The position numbers and the translations under genes were made by a program. The notes below the pieces were generated by a model. The model worked only from the letters and a program-made list of their open reading frames with translations. It was not told where the DNA came from and did no database searches. DNA of 64,000 bases. Origin: an uncultured Candidatus Saccharibacteria bacterium. Lineage in GTDB: Bacteria; Patescibacteriota; Minisyncoccia; Phycocordibacterales; UBA918. This document shows positions 47,854-57,572 of the stretch, piece by piece; position 1 is the stretch's first letter; each line of letters opens with the position of its first letter. The stretch spans positions 83,583 to 147,582 of the forward strand of contig CAYGKO010000004.1 in NCBI GenBank assembly GCA_964350735.1, written 5' to 3'.

Positions 47854-48057
47854 GAGGGGTGTAAAAATTTATTTTTACACCCGAGTGAGTACCGAAAGAA
47901 AATTTATTTACATGGGTGGTGCAATATTTGGAGACTTTAATTACCACGAGGGAGAGTAATCTTTCATTACATGAACTGTACACCTTTTGACTATATCGAT
48001 TCGCTACGCTCTCAATCTAGTACAAAAGCTTTTCGATTCCCACGTAAATGTGCCTTT

Positions 48058-48137
48058 GCACATTTACTCGCAGGATCACAACTATTTTCATAAAGAAAAA
48101 CCCGCCACGAAAGTGGCGGGTTTTTCTTTGAAAATAT
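48058..48137. terminator. Long near-perfect palindrome (~75 nt) whose core is the terminator for tRNA-Glu
   Basis: ggatcacaac-tattttcataaagaaaaacccgccac-gaaa-gtggcgggtttttctttgaaaata-tgttgtgatcc. Core hairpin at 48098-48128. Confidence 0.75.
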
Positions 48138-48141
48138 GTTG

Positions 48142-48213
48142 TGATCCCACGGGGAATCGAACCCCGATTTCCAGGATGAAAACCTGGCGTCCTAACCATT
48201 AGACGATGGGACC
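48142..48213 (-). tRNA. tRNA-Glu(TTC)
   Basis: Reverse complement GGTCCCATCGTCTAATGGTTAGGACGCCAGGTTTTCATCCTGG...GGGGTTCGATTCCCCGTGGGATCA. Anticodon loop TTTTCAT. Confidence 0.8.
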
Positions 48214-48440
48214 ATTTTTTAATGACCACCAGGAGTATAAAAAGGAAATACTCTTGTGGTGGACCAATAATGTGGTCTGACTTACTCTTTCTTTGCGTTT
48301 GATTACACAACTGTGCGACAGCTCATGCAGTGCGCCATATAGTACCAAAAAAGTATAAAAACACCAGTCTTTTTACATGGAAGAATAATGTCCTAAAGAT
48401 GCTAATATAACATCGACACGCATACGCTCCCTCTCAAGAC

Positions 48441-49004
48441 ATGTCTGAACTCATTCTAGCTGCACTCAATAATCAATTTCTTATCCAAGGTCTTGGCCTC
48501 CTTGGCTTTATTGTAATGGTTGGCTCGTTCCAATGTAACAACCGCAATCACATCCTCTACTTGCATGTACTAGCCCTGAGCGCACTTGGTGCACATCTCG
48601 CTTTAATTGGAGCCTACACCGGAGCCGCCATGATGGCCACGCTGACGATACGAAACCTTATCTTCGCCCAAAAAGATCGTTGGCCCTGGGCGGCCAAACC
48701 GGTGGTGTATTACCTCACCCTGGTTGCTATTTTGATGGTGGGGATTTTCAGTTGGTTTGGCTGGGCGAGTCTGTTTGCTATCGCCGGGTCATTTATCGCC
48801 ACTTATGGCTTCTGGTCGACCGAACCGCGGCGAGTCCGGTTTGTTGTTTTAATTTCAGCCTTGGTTTGGATTCCTTACGGTGTTGTTTTTAAATCGTACC
48901 CAATGCTCTTACTACAACTCTTTATCATTGTCTCAATTCTACTCGCGATCTATCGCTACGATTGGCTGCCCACTCGATCTTTTACTAAGCAAAACCTAGA
49001 GTAG
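48441..49004 (+). CDS. Polytopic inner-membrane protein, hypothetical
   Basis: Length is 187 aa with five or six predicted TM helices. Confidence 0.55.
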   Translation: MSELILAALNNQFLIQGLGLLGFIVMVGSFQCNNRNHILYLHVLALSALGAHLALIGAYTGAAMMATLTIRNLIFAQKDRWPWAAKPVVYYLTLVAILMVGIFSWFGWASLFAIAGSFIATYGFWSTEPRRVRFVVLISALVWIPYGVVFKSYPMLLLQLFIIVSILLAIYRYDWLPTRSFTKQNLE

Positions 49005-49038
49005 ACCTGATCTTTTATTACGGTGATACACTATAGAC

Positions 49039-49524
49039 ATGAACTACTTTCACACCATGGTCCGGATCTCGGACATCGATGAATCACTCGATTTTTACTG
49101 TGCCAAACTTGGCATGCGTGAAGTGCGACGGATCGAGAGCGAAGCTGGACGATACACCAATATTTTCTTAGCGATGCCTGATGATCAGATTACGTTCGAG
49201 ACTACCGGCGAAGCTTCTAATCGACTCCATCACTACTCTGCCACGCTTGAACTGACCTACAACTGGCCCCCAGAAGATGGTGGTAAGCCTGAGGTGTACA
49301 CCACCGGCCGCAACTTCGGTCATCTGGCGTACAAAGTAGATAATATTTATGAAACAACGCAGAAACTCATGGACGCCGGTGTAACCATCAACCGCCCACC
49401 CCGCGACGGTCATATGACCTTCATCAAATCCCCCGACGGCATCGCCATTGAACTCCTGCAAAACGGCACCCCTCTAGAGCCAGCTGAGCCCTGGCAAAGC
49501 ATGGAAAATATTGGTGAGTGGTAG
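49039..49524 (+). CDS. Glyoxalase/VOC-family protein (lactoylglutathione lyase-like)
   Basis: Two beta-alpha-beta-beta-beta modules: HTMVRISDIDESLDFYCAKLGM and HLAYKVDNIYETTQKLMDAGVTI. Confidence 0.7.
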   Translation: MNYFHTMVRISDIDESLDFYCAKLGMREVRRIESEAGRYTNIFLAMPDDQITFETTGEASNRLHHYSATLELTYNWPPEDGGKPEVYTTGRNFGHLAYKVDNIYETTQKLMDAGVTINRPPRDGHMTFIKSPDGIAIELLQNGTPLEPAEPWQSMENIGEW

Positions 49525-49532
49525 ACGAAACT

Positions 49533-49565
49533 AAAAGAGTCGCGCCCTTAGGGCGCGGCTCTTTT
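49533..49565. terminator. Bidirectional terminator
   Basis: aaaagagtcgcgccc-ttag-ggcgcggctctttt. Confidence 0.85.
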
Positions 49566-49567
49566 AG

Positions 49568-49816
49568 TTACTTAGGATGATTGATAACTGAGACAATAAC
49601 ATAATGAGGATCAATTACGTGAAAATAAAACTGGTAACTTTTATCAATCCGGCCTTGCCACAAGTTGTCTTGACCACCATATTTCTTGGCATTCAAAGAT
49701 GGATGACGAAAATCACTCACAAGATACCTAAATTGCTTGTCAGCTTTATGTTGTATTACAGCCGGCAATTTTTCGTACTGCCTAAGTGCTTTTTCTGTTA
49801 GCCTGATCTGCATCAT
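49568..49816 (-). CDS. Type II toxin of the RelE/ParE superfamily
   Basis: Length is 82 aa. The pattern LPAVIQHKADKQFRYLVSDFRHPSLNAKKYGG...WQGRIDKSYQFYFHVIDPHYVIVSVINH fits RelE/ParE. Confidence 0.7.
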   Translation of the reverse strand: MMQIRLTEKALRQYEKLPAVIQHKADKQFRYLVSDFRHPSLNAKKYGGQDNLWQGRIDKSYQFYFHVIDPHYVIVSVINHPK

Positions 49817-50063
49817 AGGTCTTTATTTTTTTATGAAATTCCTCAATAGTTGAAAACTCAATAAACCGACCATGTTTAATATCCTCAAGACCCTGCTTGA
49901 TATCAGCGGCAAGCTGTCGATCAATGTTCGATTCTGGCACCAGAACAATTCGATCATCTTGTTGCTCAACTCGAAGCGACTGCCCTTCGGACAAGCCAAA
50001 AGCGTCACGAATTTTTTTCGGTAGCGTAAGTACTCCACGTTGTTGTAACTTGATAGTTTGCAT
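49782..50063 (-). CDS. AbrB/MazE/SpoVT-type antitoxin
   Basis: Swapped-hairpin motif GVLTLPKKIRDAFGLSEGQSL. It is upstream of the toxin and overlaps it by 35 nt. Confidence 0.7.
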   Translation of the reverse strand: MQTIKLQQRGVLTLPKKIRDAFGLSEGQSLRVEQQDDRIVLVPESNIDRQLAADIKQGLEDIKHGRFIEFSTIEEFHKKIKTYDADQANRKST

Positions 50064-50095
50064 AAATACAGAATATCAGTAATTCAGTAATCTGT

Positions 50096-51910
50096 CTATT
50101 CCACAGTCACTGACTTAGCTAAGTTGCGCGGACGATCAACATTCACTCCCTTCGCCACTCCGGCGTAATACGAGAGCAGGTGCAGCGGCATGGTGGAGAC
50201 AATCGGCTGCAAGATTGGGTGTACCTTGGGTACATAAATCACATCGTCAACAAGCTCGGCTATTTGAGTATCCCCCTCGGTTGCAATTGCCAAGACCGGC
50301 GCCAAACGTGCCTTCACCTCCTCTACATTTGAGACCATTTTTTCATACACATCATCTTGCGGTACGATCGCAATCACCGGAAAATTCTCATCAAGCATGG
50401 CAATTGAACCATGCTTCAACTCCCCTCCCGCGTATGCTTCGGCGTGGATATAGGTAATCTCCTTGAGTTTCATCGCTCCCTCAAACGCGATCGGCGCATG
50501 GAATTTCCGTCCAATAAACATGGCGTCACGATACTGCGCGTACTTCTCACCGGCCGCTTTGATAGCTGATACATCAGTCAGCATACCGCGGATCACATCA
50601 GGTAGAGCCTGCAACGCAGCGGCGATCTCAACCCCTTCTTTTTGAGTCATTTCCTTCTCTCGACCAATCAACAACGTCAATAGCACAAACGATACTAGTT
50701 GCGAGATTACTACCTTGGTAGACGCCACGGCCACCTCAGGACCAGCGTGGTTGTACATCCCAGCATCAGTTTCGCGAGCAATCGTCGATCCGACGACATT
50801 CACCATCCCGAGCGTGAGCATATCAAGCTCTTTGGCGAGCCGTACTGCGGCCAAAGTGTCGGCGGTCTCCCCCGACTGAGTTACTGCCAGGAGGGCATTC
50901 TTTTGGCCTGGGATATTAGTCTTGTAGCGGTACTCACTCGCTAGTTCAATATCAGTTGGCAAGCCAGCGTACTCTTCCAACATATACTTCCCCACACAGC
51001 CAGCGAGGTAGGCTGAGCCACAGGCAGTAATAGTGAGGCGATTGAGGTCTGCTACTTCGGCCAAGACTGGCTCGAGACCCCCCAGCTTCGCTCGACCTTT
51101 TTCTACCTGCAATCGACCGCGAATAGTATTTTCAATCACCTCTGGTGCTTCAAAGATTTCTTTCAGCATGAAGTGGTCGTAGCCCTGCTTTTGTACTGCC
51201 TCGGCATCCCACTCGATCGTCTCCGGCTGTCGTTCGCGCTTTGTTCCTGCCAGTGACAATACTTCAAAGCCATCTTTAGTTATCAACGCCACCTCGCCGT
51301 CTTCGAGATACACCACGTCTTTAGTATGCGCCAAAAGGGCTGAAGGATCTGACGATACAAAGTGCCCATCTTTCCCCACTCCAAGCACGATTGGACTACC
51401 CATTCGGGCTACGACTACCTGACCAGGATTAGTCTCGTGTACCGCTGCTAAGCCATACGTGCCGCGTACCAGCCCTAGAGCTTGCTGGACCGCCAGTTGC
51501 AAGTTTCCGGTGTAGAGCGATCCAATCAGTTTGGAAAACACCTCTGTATCAGTCTCGCTCGTAAAGGTAATTCCACGTGCCGTCAAACCCTCCTTTAGTT
51601 CTCGGTAATTCTCAATGATTCCGTTATGAACAATCCACAACTGGCCACTAGCGTCAGCATGCGGATGTGCATTAAGTTCTGTTGGCGCACCATGCGTAGC
51701 CCAACGAGTGTGTGCAATACCAGTGGTACCAGAAATAGTTTCAGTGATCGCTGCTTGCAGATTATCGATTGGACCCACAGCTTTTACAGCACCATAACCC
51801 GGCACAAAAATACCAGCTGAATCGTAGCCACGGTATTCAAGCGTACGCAAGCCAGCTACCAAAATTGGTTCGGCGGTTCGGCTGCCAACATATCCAAAGA
51901 TTCCACACAT
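50096..51910 (-). CDS. glmS: Glutamine--fructose-6-phosphate aminotransferase
   Basis: N-terminal MCGIFGYVG (Ntn Cys). Two SIS domains. C-terminal KSVTVE. Length is 604 aa. Confidence 0.95.
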   Translation of the reverse strand: MCGIFGYVGSRTAEPILVAGLRTLEYRGYDSAGIFVPGYGAVKAVGPIDNLQAAITETISGTTGIAHTRWATHGAPTELNAHPHADASGQLWIVHNGIIENYRELKEGLTARGITFTSETDTEVFSKLIGSLYTGNLQLAVQQALGLVRGTYGLAAVHETNPGQVVVARMGSPIVLGVGKDGHFVSSDPSALLAHTKDVVYLEDGEVALITKDGFEVLSLAGTKRERQPETIEWDAEAVQKQGYDHFMLKEIFEAPEVIENTIRGRLQVEKGRAKLGGLEPVLAEVADLNRLTITACGSAYLAGCVGKYMLEEYAGLPTDIELASEYRYKTNIPGQKNALLAVTQSGETADTLAAVRLAKELDMLTLGMVNVVGSTIARETDAGMYNHAGPEVAVASTKVVISQLVSFVLLTLLIGREKEMTQKEGVEIAAALQALPDVIRGMLTDVSAIKAAGEKYAQYRDAMFIGRKFHAPIAFEGAMKLKEITYIHAEAYAGGELKHGSIAMLDENFPVIAIVPQDDVYEKMVSNVEEVKARLAPVLAIATEGDTQIAELVDDVIYVPKVHPILQPIVSTMPLHLLSYYAGVAKGVNVDRPRNLAKSVTVE

Positions 51911-51987
51911 AGATCAAAAAATTACTTAATAGCGTTTATGCTATATCATACTAGCATCAAGTCTAAAAAGTTGCAGACCGCTATTCA

Positions 51988-52023
51988 CAAACAGGCCCGA
52001 GAGTAAATCTCGGGCCTGTTTGT
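51988..52023. terminator. Bidirectional terminator between glmS and the ABC exporter gene
   Basis: aaacaggcccgag-agtaaat-ctcgggcctgtttgt. Confidence 0.85.
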
Positions 52024-52034
52024 ATGTGACAAAT

Positions 52035-53822
52035 CTATTCTGTCAAAAATCCACCGGCTTGATGCTCCCAGAGCTTTTGGTAAGTGCCGCCCGCTTTAGC
52101 CAACTGGTCATGAGTACCGTCTTCGACAATCTGTCCACCTTCGAGGACCAGGATGCGGTCCATTTCACGCAATGTAGATAATCGGTGCGCCACAGCAATG
52201 ACTGTCTTCCCTTCCATTAGTTCATGCAGGGCTTTTTGGATCAACACCTCACTTTCACTATCAAGGGCTGAAGTCGCTTCATCAAGCACTAAGATCGGGG
52301 CGTCTTTCAGCATTGCGCGTGCAATCGCCACCCGCTGCTTTTGACCACCTGAAAGCTTCACGCCGCGTTCTCCGACGAGGGTATCAAACTTCTCGGGCAG
52401 GTCGAGGATGAAGTCGAGCGCCTGGGCTTTGGCGGCTACCGCGCGGATCTCACTCTGGGTTGCCTCAGGCTTGCCGTACGCAATATTTTCCCGAATGGTC
52501 CGGTGGAACAAGAGGGGTTCTTGCGGCACCACCGCGATGTTCTCTCGGAGTGAATCCTGCGTCACCTCCGCAATATTCTGTCCATCAATTTCAATCGCCC
52601 CGCCATTGATATCGTGTTGTCGTAGTAAGAGTGACACAAAGGTGGTCTTCCCTGCCCCAGATGGACCAACGAGCCCAACCCGCTGCCCTGGTTCAATCTT
52701 CAAATTAAAGTCCTTAAAGACTTTGTTAGCCCCAAATTCAAAGTTGACGTCCTTCCAGTTAACCAAACCTCCGGTAGTTTCAAGAGTTTTGGCTTCTGGA
52801 ATATCTTGAATTTCGTGATCAATAAGTAACTCACTGAGCCCTTCCTCCGCCTCCCCATACGCTGCTGCCGTATGATTGAAAGTCCGCCCAATAGTTGTCA
52901 GCGTGTGTGCCACATTTAACACAATCACCATTACTGCAACGAACGAGCCGGTTGTGATAGCGTCTGCCGCCCAGCGATCTGTCAGCTGCAGAAACATGAA
53001 AAAAGTAAACCCAAGTACAATTATCACACTCACTAACTTCATGTATTCGGTATAGATCCAAGAGATTGAGTGTTTTTGTCGGGCGTCCATCGTCAGATCT
53101 TCTACATGTCTCTTCTCTTCAGGAAAACGAACATACTGTCGGGTAGCAGTAATATTAGTAAACACATCTACGATCCCTCCTTTCATTTTAGTATTACTAG
53201 CAGCAGTATTTAGTGAAAATTTACGTTGTCTTGGGACTAAAAGTATATTAACAACCACCAGCACAACCACTAAGGCTAGAAATATCATACCGGTCTTACT
53301 ATCGATGGTAAAAATAACGATCGCGGAAGCGACGATAGATACAAAACCTTCTAAATGGCTCCATAACAAATCTTGCACAAAACGATCAACAGCATTCACC
53401 GCATTACCAATCTTATTTAAGAGTGATCCCGCAAATCGATCGGCAAAATACTGATTACTGTGCTTAAAAGTATAAGCGGCCAGAATCTCACTCGTGTCTT
53501 TACGTATACCTAAAAGCCACATGCGGCCAAAAACAATGCCACTAATCCGCCAGAGTATTTCAGTAATGAAAATTCCTACTGGATACAGAAGACCTAGAAA
53601 AACAACTTCTTCTATCAAACCCGCTTCGGCCAACGTAATTACTTCTCCCATTAAAAGTGCGAGGAACACCTTGGCTGATGAACTGATAATCACGACTGCA
53701 ATACCACCAAAAGCCCACCATTTATACGGCTTTGAAATGTAGAAGAAAAATCTAAACGGTCCATTCGGTATATCACCGGTATATGCTGCCTTCTGGGCGG
53801 TTGTAGGTTCTGTGGTATTCAT
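52035..53822 (-). CDS. ABC transporter permease/ATPase fusion (MsbA-like type I exporter)
   Basis: Six-TM N-terminal domain. Walker A GPSGAGKTT. Signature LSGGQKQR. Walker B ILVLDEATSALD. Length is 595 aa. Confidence 0.9.
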   Translation of the reverse strand: MNTTEPTTAQKAAYTGDIPNGPFRFFFYISKPYKWWAFGGIAVVIISSSAKVFLALLMGEVITLAEAGLIEEVVFLGLLYPVGIFITEILWRISGIVFGRMWLLGIRKDTSEILAAYTFKHSNQYFADRFAGSLLNKIGNAVNAVDRFVQDLLWSHLEGFVSIVASAIVIFTIDSKTGMIFLALVVVLVVVNILLVPRQRKFSLNTAASNTKMKGGIVDVFTNITATRQYVRFPEEKRHVEDLTMDARQKHSISWIYTEYMKLVSVIIVLGFTFFMFLQLTDRWAADAITTGSFVAVMVIVLNVAHTLTTIGRTFNHTAAAYGEAEEGLSELLIDHEIQDIPEAKTLETTGGLVNWKDVNFEFGANKVFKDFNLKIEPGQRVGLVGPSGAGKTTFVSLLLRQHDINGGAIEIDGQNIAEVTQDSLRENIAVVPQEPLLFHRTIRENIAYGKPEATQSEIRAVAAKAQALDFILDLPEKFDTLVGERGVKLSGGQKQRVAIARAMLKDAPILVLDEATSALDSESEVLIQKALHELMEGKTVIAVAHRLSTLREMDRILVLEGGQIVEDGTHDQLAKAGGTYQKLWEHQAGGFLTE

Positions 53823-53890
53823 ACTGGGTGTAGTAGCGAGCTACCTAATATATAAAAGACGCGACTGAAGCACTAATCTTACCACACAGC

Positions 53891-54466
53891 CTATTGTGCT
53901 ACTGAACTGAGAATGTCGGCCGTTGGTATCGCCCCTTCACGTAATACTTCGACCCGATCTTCGATCACTCGAACCACCGTCGATGGCGCCCCCGCCCGCA
54001 CCCCATCATCAATAGTACGATATATCGTACTATTGTCCCGACCGGCAGCTTGAAACTGTTGTAAAATTTTTTCAGGACTGGCGGCTGGCGGGCAACCACT
54101 TACGTTTGCACTGGTGCAAGTAAGGGGTGCGTCGTGCTCAGCCATGAACTCAGCAATCAGTTGCTGCGCAACTGGATCTGTTGAGATGCGAAAACTCACC
54201 GTGTCGCCTGAACCACGCAGCGGGCGCGCGACAGAGTCGCGCGCCCGCAAGACCAAAGTAAGTGAACCCGGCAGCCAATGCTTCGCAATGGCTGCCGCGG
54301 CTGGCGTCAGCGCGCCCCACCGCTCAATGTCAGCCACATCCCGCACCAGCCAGGAAACGCTCTTCCCCACCTCGCGACCCTTCAAGACAAACAACTTCTC
54401 CAACTCACCCTCATCAAGCGCATTCACCCCAAGGGCGTAGATAGTTTCAGTGGGATAGAGAATCAT
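53891..54466 (-). CDS. tsaC: L-threonylcarbamoyladenylate synthase (YrdC/Sua5 family)
   Basis: MILYPTETIYALGVNALD and TCTSANVSG motifs. Length is 191 aa. Confidence 0.85.
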   Translation of the reverse strand: MILYPTETIYALGVNALDEGELEKLFVLKGREVGKSVSWLVRDVADIERWGALTPAAAAIAKHWLPGSLTLVLRARDSVARPLRGSGDTVSFRISTDPVAQQLIAEFMAEHDAPLTCTSANVSGCPPAASPEKILQQFQAAGRDNSTIYRTIDDGVRAGAPSTVVRVIEDRVEVLREGAIPTADILSSVAQ

Positions 54467-54524
54467 AAATCAAATTCTATCATGACTATTTGTACATTTG
54501 AACCACAGAAGTTATCATTAATAC

Positions 54525-55214
54525 ATGAAATCAAAATGGTCTCATTTAAAACCGCAAGCAATTACCCTTCGGAAAAAAGGACAATCACTCCCCTCAATTG
54601 CAGCTAAGCTCGGTATCCCAAAATCAACTTTAAGTTACTGGTTTAAAGATGTGGTACTAACCAAAAAGCAAAAGGCTACCTTGCATGCCAATTGGAAAAA
54701 TGCGCTCGTGAAAGCTCGTGTGGAAGCCGTTAAATGGCATAATCAGCAGAAAGCTGATCGTCTCTTGCAAGCTAAAACAGAAGCGATGGACACCCTCGCC
54801 CGAATTGATCATAGAGACCATGCCACTCTTGAATTAGCGTTAGCTGTACTATACCTAGCAGAAGGGTCAAAGAAAAATATAGAAACCGCCCTCGGTAGCT
54901 CAGACCCGAACACTCTACGTTTTTTCTTATCTGGATTGGAAAAAATCTTTAACTACAATCGCTCAACAGTGCGCTGTGAACTGTATCTACGAGCAGATCA
55001 AGATCCTGACACACTGAAAAAATATTGGTCGAAAGAGCTGTCGGTCCCATTACCACAATTCAAGCAAGTTAATATCGATCAGCGTAGTGCCGGAAAGAAA
55101 ACCTACGCGAGCTACAAGGGTGTTTGTGGATTACGGTGCGGCAATGTTGCCATTCGTAGGCACTTGGTCTATCTCGCTGAAGAATACTTTGCTATAATCG
55201 GTCAACAAAAATAA
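54525..55214 (+). CDS. Hypothetical protein with an N-terminal HTH and two YLAE-containing segments; possibly a degenerate LAGLIDADG-type homing-endonuclease-like protein
   Basis: HTH-like SLPSIAAKLGIPKSTLSYWFK. LAVLYLAEGSKKN and HLVYLAEEYFAI resemble paired LAGLIDADG helices. It ends 1 nt before tRNA-Val. The domain call is weak. Confidence 0.4.
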   Translation: MKSKWSHLKPQAITLRKKGQSLPSIAAKLGIPKSTLSYWFKDVVLTKKQKATLHANWKNALVKARVEAVKWHNQQKADRLLQAKTEAMDTLARIDHRDHATLELALAVLYLAEGSKKNIETALGSSDPNTLRFFLSGLEKIFNYNRSTVRCELYLRADQDPDTLKKYWSKELSVPLPQFKQVNIDQRSAGKKTYASYKGVCGLRCGNVAIRRHLVYLAEEYFAIIGQQK

Positions 55215-55215
55215 T

Positions 55216-55289
55216 GTGCGTATAGCTCAGCTGGTTAGAGTACCCGCTTGACATGCGGGAGGTCCCAGGTTCGAGTCCTGGTACGCACA
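55216..55289 (+). tRNA. tRNA-Val(GAC)
   Basis: Acceptor GTGCGTA/TACGCAC; D-arm GCTCAGCTGGTTAGAG; anticodon stem CCCGC, loop TTGACAT; T-arm CCAGG-TTCGAGT-CCTGG. Confidence 0.8.
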
Positions 55290-55293
55290 CACC

Positions 55294-56151
55294 ATGGAAC
55301 ATAAAAACATCGTCGTTATCTACCACGACCAGTGTAAAGACGGCTTTGGTGCCGCCTACGCGGCTTGGAAGAAGTTTGGTGACAACGCGACATACATCCC
55401 CCGCAAGACACAAGAACCAGTTCCGGAGGGATTGATTGATAAAGAACTCTATATCGTGGACTATAGCTACAAGCTGCCCGAACTAGAAGCTTTACGAGCA
55501 GCTAATAAATCAGTGGTTGTAATTGACCATCACAAAACCGCCGAGGCAGCGGTCCAGAGTTTCCCTGAAAATGTATTTGACCTGGAGCACTCCGGCGCAG
55601 TCCTGACCTGGCAATACTTCTTCCCCGACATTCCTGTTCCTAAACTCCTCCTGTACGTCGAAGATCATGACCTGTGGAACTTCAAGCTTGAACACCACCG
55701 CGAGATCAATGCTGCCCTGAAAGAATATAACCAAGACTTTGAAACCTGGGATCAACTCGTGAAAAATCTGGAAGACCGGGACCACTTTAGTAAGTTCATC
55801 TCTATCGGTGGCATTATTTCTGACTTTGAAGACAAGCTGGTACAAAATATCCTGCGTTTTAAAGAAAAAGTGGAGTTTGAGGGTCATACTGCCTACGCGG
55901 TAAATGCAGAACGGATTTATCGTTCAATCATTGGTCACGAGCTTGCGAAACTGAGCGCCGCTGAAGGCGGCGCTCCCCTTGGGATCGTCTACTATCGCTA
56001 CGACGGCATGGTGCACTGCAGCTTACGTAGCACTGGCGACTTCCCCGTCCACACCCTCGCTGAAAAGCACGGTGGTGGTGGCCACCCTAATGCCGCCAGT
56101 ATCCGCGTCAGCAACTTTGCCGACCTACCATTCACTTTCAGTAAGTCTTAG
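55294..56151 (+). CDS. nrnA: DHH/DHHA1 phosphoesterase (NrnA-like nanoRNase/pAp phosphatase)
   Basis: N-terminus IVVIYHDQCKDGFGAAYAAW. DHH motif VVIDHHK. DHHA1 motif GGGHPNAAS. Confidence 0.75.
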   Translation: MEHKNIVVIYHDQCKDGFGAAYAAWKKFGDNATYIPRKTQEPVPEGLIDKELYIVDYSYKLPELEALRAANKSVVVIDHHKTAEAAVQSFPENVFDLEHSGAVLTWQYFFPDIPVPKLLLYVEDHDLWNFKLEHHREINAALKEYNQDFETWDQLVKNLEDRDHFSKFISIGGIISDFEDKLVQNILRFKEKVEFEGHTAYAVNAERIYRSIIGHELAKLSAAEGGAPLGIVYYRYDGMVHCSLRSTGDFPVHTLAEKHGGGGHPNAASIRVSNFADLPFTFSKS

Positions 56152-57569
56152 TGGTGTGACCGCAAAAAAGATTCCAGCTCCGCTTGATCAGGTTCAATCA
56201 TTGTAAAAGCGTCTTTTGGAAGATTGTTTTCGAGACCGACAAAACGCTCCGGGCGCTCGGGAACAAAACCCAGTGCCTCCTCGATAGTATGTTCAAACTT
56301 AACCGGCAAGGCTGTTTCCATACAGACCAGCGGCACCCCCTCTCCGTCGTCAAAATATTCTAATCCAACCGCTACCCCGTCAGCAGTGTGCGGATCAATA
56401 ATTGTAGCCGCTTTTGCAAACACATCTTTTATAGTTTCTAAACGCTTTCGGTGCGAAGATTCACCACTACACATTTGCAGGTCATCAAACACTGACCGCG
56501 ACAACCCGAAGTCAGACCAATCAACTTTTCCGCGCTGACTAAAGGTGTCCATATACTCATTCACTCGAGCAGCATCGTGCTCAAGAATATCAAACACCAG
56601 TCGCTCATAATTAGACGCCTTGCTGATATCCATAGATGGACTTGAAGTCACTGCCGCTGCAGTTTGCTCATATACACCGGTAGTGATCAATTTATGCAGC
56701 ACATTGTTCTCATTAGTAGCTACAATCAATTTTCTAATTGGTACCCCCATACTGCGCGCAATATATGCCGACAGCACATTTCCAAAGTTGCCGGAGGGAA
56801 CGACAAAGTCGACCGGGTCACCAATATTTTTAGCGACTTGCAGGTAGCCGGAGACATAATACGGTACTTGCGAACTAATCCGGCCCCAGTTAATTGAATT
56901 GACGGCTCCAAGATCTGCAAACTCAGGCTGCCCTTTGATCGCTTTTACCAAATCCTGACAATCATCGAAGCGACCTTTCACACTCAGGTTGTGGATATTG
57001 CCGCCAGAGAAGGCGCCCATCTGGGCTTTTTGGAAATCACTCATGCCCTCCTCTGGACTCAACATAAACAACTTGATTCTGGAAAGCCCTTTCATTGCAG
57101 CTTCTGCCGCTGATCCCGTATCTCCTGAAGTCGCTCCCAGAATGCGAAGAGTTTCATCACGACGAGTCAACTCAAACTCCATCTCTTCCGCTAGTTGCTG
57201 CAAAGCTATATCTTTAAAAGCCGCCGTGGGGCCGAGGGACAGATTTTGCAGATACACATTTTCTTGAATCTCCCGCACTGGCGTGAACTGATCATCACCT
57301 ACATCAAATCCATCATCCCCTACCCGATACGCCTTCCTGATACATTCATACAAATCTGCTTCACTAATGGCGTCACCAATCAGCTTTTGTTTCGTCACCA
57401 GTACAACAGTCTGATACGAAGCTTCTTGTAATGCCTCAAGCTCAGCAATACTAAACTGCTGATATTCATCAGGAACATACAATCCACCATCAGGAGCCAG
57501 GCCCGCCAGCAACACATCCGTGTACGAAAAGCCTAGGGAATTTTTATCTCGGGTGCTGACTAGATTCAT
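56148..57569 (-). CDS. thrC: Threonine synthase (PLP fold type II)
   Basis: Length is 473 aa. PLP-Lys region LGPTAAFKDIALQ. Long ThrC-type N-terminal domain. Confidence 0.85.
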   Translation of the reverse strand: MNLVSTRDKNSLGFSYTDVLLAGLAPDGGLYVPDEYQQFSIAELEALQEASYQTVVLVTKQKLIGDAISEADLYECIRKAYRVGDDGFDVGDDQFTPVREIQENVYLQNLSLGPTAAFKDIALQQLAEEMEFELTRRDETLRILGATSGDTGSAAEAAMKGLSRIKLFMLSPEEGMSDFQKAQMGAFSGGNIHNLSVKGRFDDCQDLVKAIKGQPEFADLGAVNSINWGRISSQVPYYVSGYLQVAKNIGDPVDFVVPSGNFGNVLSAYIARSMGVPIRKLIVATNENNVLHKLITTGVYEQTAAAVTSSPSMDISKASNYERLVFDILEHDAARVNEYMDTFSQRGKVDWSDFGLSRSVFDDLQMCSGESSHRKRLETIKDVFAKAATIIDPHTADGVAVGLEYFDDGEGVPLVCMETALPVKFEHTIEEALGFVPERPERFVGLENNLPKDAFTMIEPDQAELESFLRSHH

Positions 57570-57572
57570 ACG

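Noticed and set aside
47987-48310. Two small ORFs (71 aa on the plus strand, 97 aa on the minus strand)
   Set aside because: They cover tRNA-Glu and its palindromic terminator, and there is no RBS. Spurious.
55192-55413. 73-aa minus-strand ORF
   Set aside because: It overlaps tRNA-Val and the nrnA start. Spurious.
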